Shown: positions 11,746 to 25,800 of the stretch, piece after piece
Layout: every line of letters starts with the position of its first letter
Position numbering within the stretch: the first letter of the stretch is position 1
DNA from: Macrostomum lignano
Lineage: Eukaryota
DNA: 64,000 nt
NCBI GenBank assembly: GCA_002269645.1
Contig: NIVC01000424.1
Coordinates: 361,501 to 425,500 of the forward strand
Direction of reading: 5' to 3'
Position numbers and translations under genes: made by a program
Notes under the pieces: generated by a model
Database searches by the model: none
Told to the model about the DNA's origin: nothing
Seen by the model: the letters and a program-made list of their open reading frames with translations, nothing else

Positions 11746-14700
11746 CAACTAAATAACTAACTAGCTAATTAACTAACCAGCAACAATGGCGGCCTCCCCA
11801 GTATTAGCTTTGGACATCTCAGAATCGTCAGACTCCAGCTCAGCCAAATCGCAGCCAGCAGTATCAACAAGCAGCAGAGGCGGAAACTCGTCGTCGTTTT
11901 CGACGCCATCCGACACGGCGGCGAAGCCGGGAAGATCGGCCAGTCGGTGCCCGGCCACCGACTGGTGAGCAATCAGCTGATTAGAATAGAAAGCTTCCGA
12001 TGACCAGAGCATAATATCGCGATGCATTCGATACTGTACAGTCAGCAGCTGGGTGGCTTCGGCTGATCTAGGCAGCAGGCGCTCCATCAGGGTGACAGCG
12101 AAGCCGGCAGCAACGGCGCGTTCGCTGCGCACAGTCGGCGGCAGCTGGTAGGGGTCGCCGGCCAGGATGCACTTAGGAGCTCGGGGCAACGCCAGCCAGC
12201 AGGCCGCTTCCGTGGCCTGCGAGTGGGTGGGGGCGATGGGTGCACTTTTAATAAAGAACCAAACAAATGTACTTTAATACACCCACCTCACTCCAATAAC
12301 CTACCCCTCACTACACCCACCTCACTCCATTTTCCTACCCCCTCACTACACCCACCTTAATCCACTTTCCTACCCTCTCACTACACCCACCTCACTCCAC
12401 TTTCCTACCCCCTCACTACACCCACCTTAATCCACTTTCCTACCCTCTCACTACACCCACCTCACTCCACTTTCCTACCCCCTCACTACACCCACCTTAA
12501 TCCACTTTCCTACCCTCTCACTACACCCACCTCGCTCCACTTTCCTACCCCTTCACTACACCCACCTCACTCAACTTTCCTGCCCACCCCCAATACACCC
12601 AACTCACTCCACTTTTCTTCACCCCAATACACCCACCTCACTCCACTTTTCTTCACCCCAATACACCCACCTCACTCCACTTTTCTTCACCCCAATACAA
12701 CCACACCACTTCACTCTACTTTTTTTCACCCAAAACACCCACCTCAGTTAACTTCCCCCCCCTTAATACACCCACCTCACTTCACATTTAACCTCCGCCC
12801 AAGGGGGGCCGTAGCCCAGCGGTAGCGCAGCTGCTCTGGTGTGCCAGCGACCCAGGCTCGATTCCAAGTGCAGTCACATTAATTTGGGGCTGAATTGGAA
12901 TCTCGGATTGGCTCTGCTCGTGCAATTTACGGCCTTGAGAGCCAACCCCCCCAAGGCGCAGTGAAGTGTACACGCCTAACGATAATATAAAGTTAGGGCC
13001 GCTGTACACTCCTGTGTGAGTGTGTGCCTGCGTACGTATCCGCGCGCCTGTGTGCCTGCTCAGGGGAGTCGGCGGAATGGGCAGTAATGCCTCTCGCCGG
13101 TTGTGTGCCTATGTCGCTTATTAAGTGCGCCAGGGTGCACACAACCCCCCTGCCTCTAACTAAAAAAAAAACACCGCCAAAATACAACCACCTCACTTTA
13201 CCTTCCTACCCCCCAATACACCCACCTCACTCCACTTTTCTTCACCCCAATACACCCATCTCACTCCACTTTTCTTCACCCCAATACACCCATCTCACTC
13301 CACTTTTCCTCTACCAATACACCCACCTCACTTCACATTTAACCTTCGCCCAAATACACCCACCTCACTCTACCTTCCTGCCCCTCAATACAACCACCTC
13401 CCTCTCCACCCTCCCGCCCCTTAATACATCCACCACCCTCTCCACCCTCCTACCCCTCAATACTAGTACACCCACCTCACTACAATATTCTACCCCAGCA
13501 CATGCATAAGCCCGATCAAAAAGCCCGTGCATTCACCTGAGAGCACTCGTCAATAACAGTGGCATCAAACTGTATTTCTTTCAACGTAGAATCGTCATTC
13601 AAGCCGCCAACAGTGAGAGTGCAGAGCACAGCCTGAGCTCTAGTCAGAATGGCTTTAACACAATTAGCTTCCCGTTGACGCAGCTCAGACCTGAGATTGC
13701 GCAGCTCGGCTCCTATTCGTCGATTCCGACCGCCGCTAAGCAGCTTGTCAATGTCGGCTCGAACGTCGGCAATAATTCGACGATCCTCGCTGCGAGCGAG
13801 TAGAGCGTCGAGCGAATGCTCAACTACCTGAGGCAGCTGTCTGGCCGGGTGACCGAGACGAACGCAGCGAACTCCGGACGCAATCAAGCGCTCGGCCAGA
13901 TTGTCCACCTGTTTGGTGGGTTGTTGTTGAAAAAATTCGTCTAATTTTGTTATTAGAATGCTCTATAAATCTTACTAAAAGTAAGGCTTCAAATGATACT
14001 AGATTTGGAGATGGGGATTATTGCCATCTGGAGATGGGGATTGTTGAAATATGGAGATGATCATTGTCATCTGGAGAGATGGGGTTATTGCCATCTGGAG
14101 AGATGGGGATTATTGAAATCTGAAGATGGGGATTATTGAAATCTGAAGATGGGGATTATTGAAATCTGGAGAGATGGGGATTGTTGAAATCTGGAGAGAT
14201 GGGGATTATTGAAATCTGAAGATGGGGATTATTGAAATCTGGAGAGATGGGGATTATTGAAATCTGTAGAGATGGAGATTGTTGAAATCTGGAGAGATGG
14301 GGATTATTGAAATCTGTAGAGATGGAATTATTGAAATCTGGAGAGATGGGGATTATTGAAATCTGGAGAAGGGGATTATTGAAATCTGGAGAAGGGGATT
14401 ATTGAAATCTTGAGAGATGGGGATTATTGAAATCTGGAGAGATGGGGATTATTGAAATCTGCAGATGGGGATTATTGAAATCTGGAGAGATGGGAATTAT
14501 TGAAATCTGGAGAGATGGGAATTATTGAAATCTGGAGAGATGGGAATTATTGAAATCTGGAGAGATGGGGATTATTGAAATCTGGAGAGATGGGGATTAT
14601 TGAAATCTGGAGAGATGGGAATTATTGAAATCTGGAGATGGAATTATTGAAATCTTGAGAGATGGGGATTATTGAAATCTTGAGAGATGGGAATTATTGA

Positions 14701-16335
14701 AATCTGGAGAGATGGGAATTATAGAAATCTGAAGATGGGGATTATTGAAATCTGGAGAGATGGGGATTATTGAAATCTTGAGAGATGGGGATTATTGAAA
14801 TCTTGAGAGATGGGGATTATTGAAATCTTGAGAGATGGGGATTGTTGAAAGCTGGAGAGATGCGGATTATTGGAATCTGGAGATCGCGTCACTCACAGCC
14901 GTATTAGACGGAGCGCAGCACAGCAATCGTTCGCCCCTAGCAACCAACTGCCGAACTAATTCCACCACAGTGGTAGTCTTGCCAGTGCCCGGCGGTCCGT
15001 GTATCATTACAAGATCGCTTCGACGCAAGCCCAGTTCAACAGCGGCGCGCTGGGATTCGTCTAGATGGGGATTGAAGTACGAGACGCCTCGGCTGCTGCC
15101 GCTGGCTGCCGTTGACTCGCCAGAAGGTGGCGGCAGATCGCGTGTTGGTGCCAGCGACCGCTCGCCAAGCAGCAGGTCGGCAAGTGAGGGCGGCTTCTGC
15201 AGTAGCGCCAGAAGGCCTCTGGGCAGTTTGCGATGGCAGAGTGAAATTTCAATTATTTTTAGTCCTTCGTACTGGCTTGAGACACCCACCCCACTCCGCT
15301 CTCTGCCCCGCTTGAAACACCCCCACTCCTCTTTCTAATTCGCTTCTGAGACATCCACCCCACTCCTCTCTTTGCCTTGCTTCTGAGACACACACCCACT
15401 CTTCGCTCTGCCCCGCTGCTGAGACACCCACACCACTCCGCTCTCTGCTCCGCTCGAGACACCCACCCCACTCCGCTCGCTGCCCTGCTGCTGAGACACC
15501 CACCCCACTCCTCTCTTTGCCTTGCTGCTGAGACACCCACCCCACTCCTCTCTTTGCCTTGCTTCTGAGACACCCACCCCACTCCTCTCTTTGCCTTGCT
15601 TCTGAGACACCCACCCCACTCCTCTCTTTGCCTTGCTGCTGAGACACCCACCCACTCCTCTCTTTGCCTTGCTTCTGAGACACCCACCCCACTCCGCTCG
15701 CTGCCACGCTGCTGAGACACCCACCCTACTCCGCTCTCTGCCACGCTTCTGAGACACCCACCCACTCCGCTCTCTGCCACGCTTCTGAGACACCCACCCA
15801 TTCCGCTCTCTGCTACGCCTCTGAGACACCCACCCCACTCCGATCTTTGCCCCGCTTCTAAGACATTCATCTTTTTTACTCACTTTTTCAATCTCTTAAA
15901 CGTAACATCGGATCCCAGCTTGACAACACTGTACTTATAGCCAACCTCAAGTTGACCATCGCCAGATGATGCAGCACTAGAAGCCTGATCCGTTTCCATG
16001 GCAACGCAGACAGCTCTAGCCAGAACCTTAGTAACAATACCAGAACCAATCTGTTGCTGTTCCTGTTGGGAATGGAAAATTCCGACAATATCGCCGGGTG
16101 CAATAGAATGAGACGGCAAGTCTTTTGCTCTCTGATAAGTCTCAAATTCCAAAACTCGACGGCCGTACATTCCGGTCGCTTGAGAAGCTAAATAAATCTT
16201 GTGCAATGCCAGGCCCTTGTCCTGAAGAGCTCGGGCTGAGGATTTTAATAAATCCTGCTCGGCAGCCATCTCTTCTTGGCGTTCTAGCGATACCAGCTCA
16301 AGCTGACGCTGTACAAACTCTTCCAACTGTTCCAT
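6484..16335 (-). CDS. IGHMBP2: SF1 (UPF1-like) helicase SMUBP-2; exons 16335-15884, 15218-14897, 13908-13537, 12216-11778, 11032-10616, 9674-9394, 8541-7716, 6974-6484
   Basis: N-terminal FVQRQLELVSLER; Walker A GPPGTGKT; DECSQ; GDPYQLPPT; QYRMH; VDGFQGREKE; RRLNVAVTRARR; R3H-like ERARLHE; C-terminal AN1 zinc finger CGYPDC...CAHCRRRYCFSHFVPEVHGC. All seven GT-AG junctions are phase-compatible. Confidence 0.95.
7049..7578. repeat. 31-36-bp minisatellite containing CCATGGCAAC, IGHMBP2 last intron
   Basis: Direct. Confidence 0.92.
7960..8426 (-). repeat. Coding 21-bp minisatellite (ATESDKM/T heptads) inside IGHMBP2 exon 7
   Basis: Lies in the 826-bp exon 8541-7716, whose frame stays open and whose flanking splice phases fit. 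Confidence 0.85.
8578..9270. repeat. ~24-bp minisatellite (GGGAACTGAGGGCGATTCTTAAAG)
   Basis: Direct; intronic. Confidence 0.93.
9740..10447. repeat. 22-bp minisatellite (CCCTGGATACAGGCCTGGAGAT)
   Basis: Direct; intronic. Confidence 0.95.
11075..11777. repeat. (TAAC)n microsatellite
   Basis: Direct; intronic. Confidence 0.97.
12277..13495. repeat. ~34-bp C-rich minisatellite (CACCCACCTCACTCCACTTTTC...), interrupted by a SINE-like insert
   Basis: Direct; the array flanks 12800-13171 on both sides. Confidence 0.88.
12800..13171 (+). mobile_element. tRNA-headed SINE-like element with poly(A) tail
   Basis: A-box-like TAGCCCAGCGGT, B-box-like GGCTCGATTCC, unique body, A-run tail; interrupts a minisatellite unit with an approximate CCGCC(C)AA duplication. 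Confidence 0.55.
14005..14850. repeat. 23-25-bp minisatellite (TGGAGAGATGGGGATTATTGAAATC)
   Basis: Direct; intronic. Confidence 0.95.
15288..15865. repeat. 37-bp minisatellite (GAGACACCCACCCCACTCCTCTCTTTGCCTTGCTTCT)
   Basis: Direct; IGHMBP2 intron 1. Confidence 0.93.
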
Positions 16336-16539
16336 CGTTTTTATTTGTTCTGAATGGAAAATTTTCATTTTAAAATTGTAATTAATTGGTGATTTTAGAG
16401 TTAGTATAGATCACTATCTACATTAGGGCAGGAACGACTCTGTAAATGACATGCAAGATATGCTGGACGAGTCGAGACGTCATGACACGATGCAAAGTTG
16501 TCTAAAATTCTCCAGAGAGGGGAGCCTAGGCATTCTCTA

Positions 16540-18118
16540 AGATGCCGCAAGTGACTCTGGGATGCCGCAAGTGACTCTGGGATGCCGCTAGTGACTCTCT
16601 TGGATGCCGCAAGTGACTCTGGGATACCGCAAGTGACTCTGGGATGCCGCTAGTGACTCTCTTGGATGCCGCAAGTGACTCTCTAGGATGCCGCAAGTGA
16701 TTCTCGGATGCCGCAAGTGACTCTCTAGGATGTCGCAAGTGACTCTCTAGGATGCCGCAAGTGATTCTCTAGGATGCCGCAAGTGACTCTAGGATGCCGC
16801 AAGTGACTCTGGGATGCCGCTAGTGACTCTCTTGGATGCCGCAAGTGACTCTCTAGGATGCCGCAAGTGATTCTCGGATGCCGCAAGTGACTCTCTAGGA
16901 TGTCGCAAGTGACTCTCTAGGATGCCGCAAGTGACTCTCTAGGATGCCGCAAGTGACTCTAGGATGCCGCAAGTGATTCTCTAGGATGCCGCAAGTGACT
17001 CTAGGATGCCGCAAGTGATTCTCTAGGATGCCGCAAGTGATTCTCTAGGATGCAGCAAGTGATTCTCTAGGATGCCGCAAGTGATTCTCTAGGATGCCGC
17101 AAGTGATTCTCTAGGATGCCGCAAGTGATTCTCTAGGATGCCGCAAGTGATTCTCTAGGATGCCGCAAGTGATTCTCTAGGATGCCGCAAGTGATTCTCT
17201 AGGATGCCGCAAGTGACTCTCTAGGATGCCGCAAGGGATTCTCTAGGATGCCGCTAGTGACTCTCTAGGATGCCGCAAGTGACTCTCTAGGATGCCGCAA
17301 GTGACTCTCTAGGATGCCGCAAGTGACTCTCTGGGACGCCGCAAGTGACTCTCTGGGACGCCGCAAGTGACTCTCTAAGATGCCGCAAGTGACTCTCTGG
17401 GATGCCGCAAGTGACTCTCTAAGATGCCGCAAGTGACTCTAGGATGCCGCAAGTGACTCAAGGATGCCGCAAGTGACTCTCTGGGACGCCGCAAGTGACT
17501 CTCTAAGATGCCGCAAGTGACTCTCTGGGATGCCGCAAGTGACTCTCTAGGATGCCGCAAGTGATTCTCTAGGATGCAGCAAGTGACTCTCTAGGATGCC
17601 GCAAGTGATTCTCTAGGATGCCGCAAGTGATTCTCTAAGATGCCGCAAGTGACTCTCTAAGATGCCGCAAGTGACTCTCTAGGATGCCGCAAGTGACTCT
17701 CTAGGATTCCGCAAGTGACTCTCTGGGATGCCGCAAGTGACTCTCTAAGATGCCGCAAGTGACTCTCTAGGATGCCGCAAGTGACTCTCTAGGATGCCGC
17801 TAGTGATTCTCGGATGCCGCAAGTGACTCAAGGATGCCGCAAGTGACTCAAGGATGCCGCAAGTGACTCAAGGATGCCGCAAGTGACTCAAGGATGCCGC
17901 AAGTGACTCAAGGATGCCGCAAGTGACTCAAGGATGCCGCAAGTGACTCAAGGATGCCGCAAGTGACTCAAGGATGCCGCAAGTGACTCAAGGATGCCGC
18001 AAGTGACTCAAGGATGCCGCAAGTGACTCAAGGATGCCGCAAGTGACTCAAGGATGCCGCAAGTGACTCAAGGATGCCGCAAGTGACTCAAGGATGCCGC
18101 AAGTGACTCAAGGATGCC
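16540..18118. repeat. 20/22-bp minisatellite (GGATGCCGCAAGTGACTCTCTA), intergenic
   Basis: Direct; homogeneous 20-bp variant block at 17817-18118. Confidence 0.97.
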
Positions 18119-19089
18119 AAAAAACTCTTAGAAGCTTATAATATCGACACAACGCCAATTGGAAACTAGCATATGGTTGTTAGTACTTTTAGAAAGTTAG
18201 AGCATTAATATCAGAATTATGAATCGTATCACAGAATCGATTAAATGGTTAACAAATCTCACTAAGAGTCACTAGACAGTTATTTACTAACTACGATTGC
18301 TGAACGCAGCTAAATTATTATGGCAACGCCTTGTATCAGGGGAGACTGAAGACACGGGAATTTTCTCTCATCGTCGTATGCTGAGTCTGATACCTGAGTT
18401 TGACCTGGAATCGAACCTAGAACCTTCGGCAGTCGGCACAGAAGATATGTCGCCAAGGCACAAGACAAGCCAATAACTACTATTCTACTAAAAACACTCT
18501 GGACAAATTAAAAAAAATTAAGACAAAAGTTTCATCTGTAGCAATATCTTGTTTCTTTTAGCAACAAAGCCATTTTTTATTTGCTATTTTTCGAAAAAAT
18601 GTTCTCGTCATTATAACAAAACAATACAGCTTTAAGATACAGAACGAAGTTATAGCTGAATTAAGTATAGGAAAGTATCGATAATAAGAATATTACCAGT
18701 AGGTTAATATTAAATAACAGTTTAATTTGGGATTTTTTTCCTTTTAAAATTTTGACCAAAAAGTTTATGGCGTCATTTCTAACCGGACAAGTTGAGAAAT
18801 GCAGACCGAACACTGGGATAAATAATTCCGAAAGCGTTACAACATTTACTTCCTATACTTATTTGAATGTTCGTCTAGTTACCGTGTAATATAGGCTACC
18901 TTTCATTTCAAGTTGTAAACAAAACAAAATACCGACTCTAATTTAGTCAGTGGATGCGAATAGCAAAATTAAACTTAATGCAAATATTAAAAAACCAATA
19001 GATCTTAATAGGTCTTAACAATCCTAGATTTTTTTGTCATTTAAGCGTGTTATTAACGGACAGGAGAAACTTCAGTCACGATTGGCAAA

Positions 19090-19770
19090 TCTGGGGAGGC
19101 TGCTACAGCAACTGGGGATCTGGGAGGCTGGCCCAGCAACTGACACTCTGGGAGGCTGGCCCAGCAACTGAGGATCTGGGAGGCTGGCCCAGCAACTGAC
19201 ACTCTGGGAGGCTGGCCCAGCAACTGAGGATCTGGGAGGCTGGCCCAGCAACTGACACTCTGGGAGGCTAGCCCAGCAACTGAGAATCTGGGAGGCTAGC
19301 CCAGCAACTGAGAATCTGGGAGGCTGGCCCAGCAACTGAGGATCTGGGAGGCTAGCCCAGCAACTGAGGATCTGGGAGGCTGGCCCAGCAACTGAGGATC
19401 TGGGAGGCTGGCCCAGCAACTGAGGATCTGGGAGGCTGGCCCAGCAACTGACACTCTGGGAGGTTGGCCCAGCAACTGACACTCTAGGAGGCTGGCCCAG
19501 CAACTGACACTCTGGGAGGCTGGCCCAGCAACTGAGGATCTGGGAGGCTGGCCCAGCAACTGAGAATCTGGGAGGCTGGCCCAGCAACTGAGAATCTGGG
19601 AGGCTGGCCCAGCAACTGACACTCTAGGAGGCTGGCCCAGCAACTGACACTCTGGGAGGCTGGCCCAGCAACTGAGGATCTGGGAGGCTGGCCCAGCAAC
19701 TGAGAATCTGGGAGGTTGGCCCAGCAACTGAGAATCTGGGAGGTTGGCCCAGCAACTGAGAATCTGGGAG
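19090..19770. repeat. 28-bp minisatellite, same family as 1-236
   Basis: Direct. Confidence 0.96.
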
Positions 19771-19886
19771 CATGTTGTGTATACATCTACACAAAAGAAT
19801 TTCCACAATGTCCCGGACATTTAGCACTCCGTCTCCAATCTTCCAGGGTTAAATAACAGTAACGAATGCAGGTAATAAGATCCGAA

Positions 19887-22800
19887 TCAAGCCGAAGCCA
19901 CCCGTTCATAGCAGTACAAATAGCCCATATGCTTCGGCGGCTCCTCAGACACACAAACTTTGTCGTCGTTAAATATGTACCAGACATTGTTGCGCCGCAG
20001 ATGGCACACGTAGTGGCCGCTATGAGTGGACGCGCCCATATGGCTGATGAAGCCAAGTAGCCGATAGCTCGGCGGGCCATCAGTCAGAGCCCCAGTGTCA
20101 GCGGCGGCAGCGGCAGCTGGCGGCGCCTCATCAGCTGGCGCATTCAATTCGTCCATATGGGAGAAAATCCAATCGACAGCCCGTTCGGGATTGTTGTCCG
20201 TCTGGCTCAGCGCTCTGCTGGCCTGCTCCTGGGTGAAGCCCATGGATACTATTGTTGCTAGGGCTTCCGGGTTCGGTTCGAAGCCGGCTGTCTTCTGCTT
20301 CTGCTGCTGTTGTTGCAGTTGCTGGGGCGGCAGATCGAAGTCCGCGTCCTGACTGTGGTCCATGGCCCAGTTGAGGGCGGCTTCCAATCCGCCGCCTTTG
20401 GTTGCCAGGACAGCCCTGGTGGCGCCGTTCTCGCTGAAGCCCAGCTCGCGCACCTGGGCTACAAGGGACGGGTCCACCTGGAGGGTGTGAGGGGTAACGG
20501 GGTGCCGACGGGATAAGTATAATATATAAATATAAATATTATATTTAGATAAATATAAAATACACGCTCGTATACAAGCCAATAAATCCAAAATCTGCAC
20601 AGGTCTCAAATTCAGAGAGCTCATCTAGATCCTAAAATCTTATAACATTCTAAATGCTTTAAACATTCCACAATCTAAATCTAAATCCCAAATAAAATCC
20701 CAATCTGGATCCTAAATAAAATCCTAATATAGATCCCAAATAAAATCCCAATCTGGATCCCAAATAAAATCTAAATCTAAATCCCAAATAAAATCCCAAT
20801 CTGGATCCTAAATAAAATCCTAATATAGATCCCAAATAAAATCCCAATCTGGATCCCAAATAAAATCCCAATCTGGATCCCAAATAAAATCCCAATCTAG
20901 ATCCTAAATAAAATCCTAATATAGATCCCAAATAAAATCCCAATCTAGATCCTAAATAAAATCCTAATATAGATCCCAAATAAAATCCCAATCTAGATCC
21001 TAAATAAAATCCTAATATAGATCCTAAATAAAATCCTAATATAGATCCCAAATAAAATCCCAATCTAGATTCTAAATAAAATCCCAATCTGGATCCCAAA
21101 TAAAATCCCAATCTAGATTCTAAATAAAATCCCAATCTGGATCCTAAATAAAATCCCAATCTGGATCCTAAATAAAATCCCAATCTGGATCCCAAATAAA
21201 ATCTCAATCTAGATCCCAAATAAAATCCCAATCTAGATTCTAAATAAAATCTCAATCTGGATCCCAAATAAAATCCCAATCTAGATCCCAAATGAAATCC
21301 CAATCTAGATCACAAATAAAATCCCAATCTGGATCCTAAATAAAATACCAATCTGGATCCTAAATAAAATCCCAATCTGGATCCCAAATAAAATCCCAAT
21401 CTGGATCCCAAATAAAATCCCAATCTAGATCCTAAATAAAATCCCAATCTGGATCCCAAATAAAATCCCAATCTGGATCCTAAATAAAATCCCAATCTGG
21501 ATCCTAAATAAAATCCCAATCTGGATCCCAAATAAAATCCCAATCTGGATCCCAAATAAAATCCCAATCTGGATCCTAAATAAAATCCCAATCTGGATCC
21601 TAAATAAAATCCCAATCTAGATCCCAAATGAAATCCCAATCTAGATCCCAAATGAAATCCCAATCTGGATCCCAAATAAAATCCCAATCTAGATTCTAAA
21701 TAAAATCCCAATCTGGATCCCAAATAAAATCCCAATCTAGATTCTAAATAAAATCCTAATATAGATCCTAAATAAAATCCTAATATAGATCCCAAATAAA
21801 ATCCCAATCTAGATCCTAAATAAAATCCTAATATAGATCCTAAATAAAATCCTAATATAGATCCCAAATAAAATCCCAATCTAGATCCTAAATAAAATCC
21901 TAATATAGATCCTAAATAAAATCCTAATATAGATCCCAAATAAAATCCCAATCTAGATCCTAAATAAAATCCTAATATAGATCCTAAATAAAATCCTAAT
22001 ATAGATCCCAAATAAAATCCCAATCTAGATTCTAAATAAAATCCCAATCTGGATCCCAAATAAAATCCCAATCTAGATTCTAAATAAAATCCCAATCTGG
22101 ATCCTAAATAAAATCCCAATCTGGATCCTAAATAAAATCCCAATCTGGATCCCAAATAAAATCTCAATCTAGATCCCAAATAAAATCCCAATCTAGATTC
22201 TAAATAAAATCTCAATCTGGATCCCAAATAAAATCCCAATCTAGATCCCAAATGAAATCCCAATCTAGATCACAAATAAAATCCCAATCTGGATCCCAAA
22301 TAAAATCTCAATCTAGATCCCAAATAAAATCCCAATCCAGATCCCAAATGAAATCCCAATCTAGATCCCAAATGAAATCCCAATCTGGATCCCAAATAAA
22401 ATCCCAATCTGGATTCTAAATCAAATCCCAATCTGGATCCCAAATAAAATCTCAATCAAGATCCCAAATAAAATCCAAATCTGGATCCCAAATAAAATCT
22501 CAATCTAGATCCCAAATGAAATCCCAATCTGGATCACAAATAAAATCCCAATCTAGATCCCAAATGAAATCCCAATCTAGATCCCAAATAAAATCCCAAT
22601 CTAGATCCCAAATAAAATCCCAATCTAGATCCTAAATAAAATCCTAATATAGATCCTAAATAAAATCCTAATATAGATCCCAAATAAAATCCCAATCTAG
22701 ATTCTAAATAAAATCCCAATCTGGATCCCAAATAAAATCCCAATCTGGATCCCAAATAAAATCCCAATCTAGATCCTAAATAAAATCCCAATCTGGATCC

Positions 22801-25800
22801 CAAATAAAATCCCAATCTGGATCCTAAATAAAATCCCAATCTGGATCCTAAATAAAATCCCAATCTGGATCCCAAATAAAATCCCAATCTGGATCCCAAA
22901 TAAAATCCCAATCTGGATCCTAAATAAAATCCCAATCTGGATCCTAAATAAAATCCCAATCTAGATCCCAAATGAAATCCCAATCTAGATCCCAAATGAA
23001 ATCCCAATCTGGATCCCAAATAAAATCCCAATCTAGATTCTAAATAAAATCCCAATCTGGATCCCAAATAAAATCCCAATCTAGATTCTAAATAAAATCC
23101 TAATATAGATCCTAAATAAAATCCTAATATAGATCCCAAATAAAATCCCAATCTAGATCCTAAATAAAATCCTAATATAGATCCTAAATAAAATCCTAAT
23201 ATAGATCCCAAATAAAATCCCAATCTAGATCCTAAATAAAATCCTAATATAGATCCTAAATAAAATCCTAATATAGATCCCAAATAAAATCCCAATCTAG
23301 ATCCTAAATAAAATCCTAATATAGATCCTAAATAAAATCCTAATATAGATCCCAAATAAAATCCCAATCTAGATTCTAAATAAAATCCCAATCTGGATCC
23401 CAAATAAAATCCCAATCTAGATTCTAAATAAAATCCCAATCTGGATCCTAAATAAAATCCCAATCTGGATCCTAAATAAAATCCCAATCTGGATCCCAAA
23501 TAAAATCTCAATCTAGATCCCAAATAAAATCCCAATCTAGATTCTAAATAAAATCTCAATCTGGATCCCAAATAAAATCCCAATCTAGATCCCAAATGAA
23601 ATCCCAATCTAGATCACAAATAAAATCCCAATCTGGATCCCAAATAAAATCTCAATCTAGATCCCAAATAAAATCCCAATCCAGATCCCAAATGAAATCC
23701 CAATCTAGATCCCAAATGAAATCCCAATCTGGATCCCAAATAAAATCCCAATCTGGATTCTAAATCAAATCCCAATCTGGATCCCAAATAAAATCTCAAT
23801 CAAGATCCCAAATAAAATCCAAATCTGGATCCCAAATAAAATCTCAATCTAGATCCCAAATGAAATCCCAATCTGGATCACAAATAAAATCCCAATCTAG
23901 ATCCCAAATGAAATCCCAATCTAGATCCCAAATAAAATCCCAATCTAGATCCCAAATGAAATCCCAATCTAGATCCCAAATGAAATCCCAATCTGGATCC
24001 CAAATAAAATCCCAATCTGGATTCTAAATCAAATCCCAATCTGGATTCTAAATAAAATCCCAATCTGGATCCTAAATAAAATCCCAATCTGGATCCCAAA
24101 TAAAATCCCAATCTGGATCCCAAATAAAATCCCAATCTAGATCCCAAATGAAATCCCAATCTGGATCCCAAATGAAATCCCAATCTGGATCACAAATAAA
24201 ATCCCAATCTGGATCCTAAATAAAATCCCAATCTGGATCCCAAATAAAATCCCAATCAGGATCCTAAATAAAATCCCAATCTGGATCCTAAATAAAATCC
24301 CAATCTAGATCCCAAATGAAATCCCAATCTGGATCACAAATAAAATCCCAATCTGGATCCTAAATAAAATCCCAATCTAGATTCTAAATAAAATCCCAAT
24401 CTGGATCCCAAATAAAATCTCAATCTAGATCCCAAATGAAATCCCAATCTGGATCACAAATAAAATCCCAATCTGGATCCCAAATAAAATCCCAATCTGG
24501 ATTCTAAATCAAATCCCTAAAATCCTACAATCCAGATCCCTCAAATCCCTAAAATCCCACAATCCAGATCTTCAAAAATATGAGAAGTTTCTCAATTCTT
24601 AATCTAAATTCCCAAAATCCCAAAGCCGAGAATCCTCTCACCAGCTCAGCAGCAGATTCGGGCTGATCCGCAGGAAATTTGAGCTCGACTTCGCCCGGCT
24701 GCAAACCGCCGCAACCGCGCAAAAATCCGATATCGATAAACTCCGGCACGTCTAATTCTACGTCTAATTTCTTCGGGCACCAATTATTATCGATGGTGAA
24801 CTTTCTGGCGTGCAACAGCAGATAGTCGGGAAAGCTGGCCAAGCGACTCTGCTTACTAGCCGGTCCTTTAGCTTTAGTGGCTGGACTATAGAAATCTTCG
24901 ATGCATTCAACAGCACTGAAGGCTTCTAGACAGGCTTTGAGAGACACCCGAGGCGGCGGGGCGCCGGAATCTCCAGTGCCAGCTCCATCCAAGGGAATGG
25001 GGAATGACAGGGACAATTCCCGGCGACTCTTGTAGGCCACCTGACCCGACTGGCCGCACTGAAGCCGGTCTTCGACATCGAAAGCGAACACTCGGCCGGG
25101 GTTGTCGGCCTGAGCCAGGCTGCTGCTTCGCTCCACCAGGGTGAGCAGGTGGAGAAAGAACTCGAAGGAGTCCTGCTGACGGCTGGTTGAGAACTCCGGG
25201 TGGCCGCGACCCACCTGTCGAGGTTTGCGTGGGTCAGCTGGGTCAGCTAGTGGGTCACTAGTGTCAGCTGGGTCAGCTAGTGGGTCATTGATATGTTTCA
25301 GCTGGGTCAGCTAGTGGGTCATTGTCATTGATATCCATCAGATAGGTCAGCTGGTGGTTCATTGATGTGTCAGCTAGTGGGTCATTGATGTGTCAGCTAG
25401 TGGGTCATTGATGTGTCAGCTAGTAGATCATTGATGTGTCAGCTAGTGGGTCATTGATGTGTCAGCTAGTAGGTCATTGATGTGTCAGCTAGTGGTTCAT
25501 TGATGTGTCAGCTAGTGGTTCATTGATGTGTCAACTAGTGGTTCATTGATGTGCCAGCTAGTAGGTCATTGATGTGTCAGCTAGTGGGTCATTGATGTGT
25601 CAGCTAGTGGGTCATTGATGTGTCAGCTTGGGTCATTGATGTGTCAGCTAGTGGGTCATTGATGTGTCAGCTAGTAGGTCATTGATATGCATCAGATGGG
25701 TCAGCTGGTGGGTCAGCAAAGTTAACCATAAATAATGTCAGCACAGTGAGTCAACACTAAAACGAGTCCAACATCCCTGACTCACCAGAGTCCTCAGCAT

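Noticed and set aside
20659-24183. LGFYLGSR repeat ORFs
   Set aside because: Reading frames of a 24-bp satellite within USP5 intron 3.
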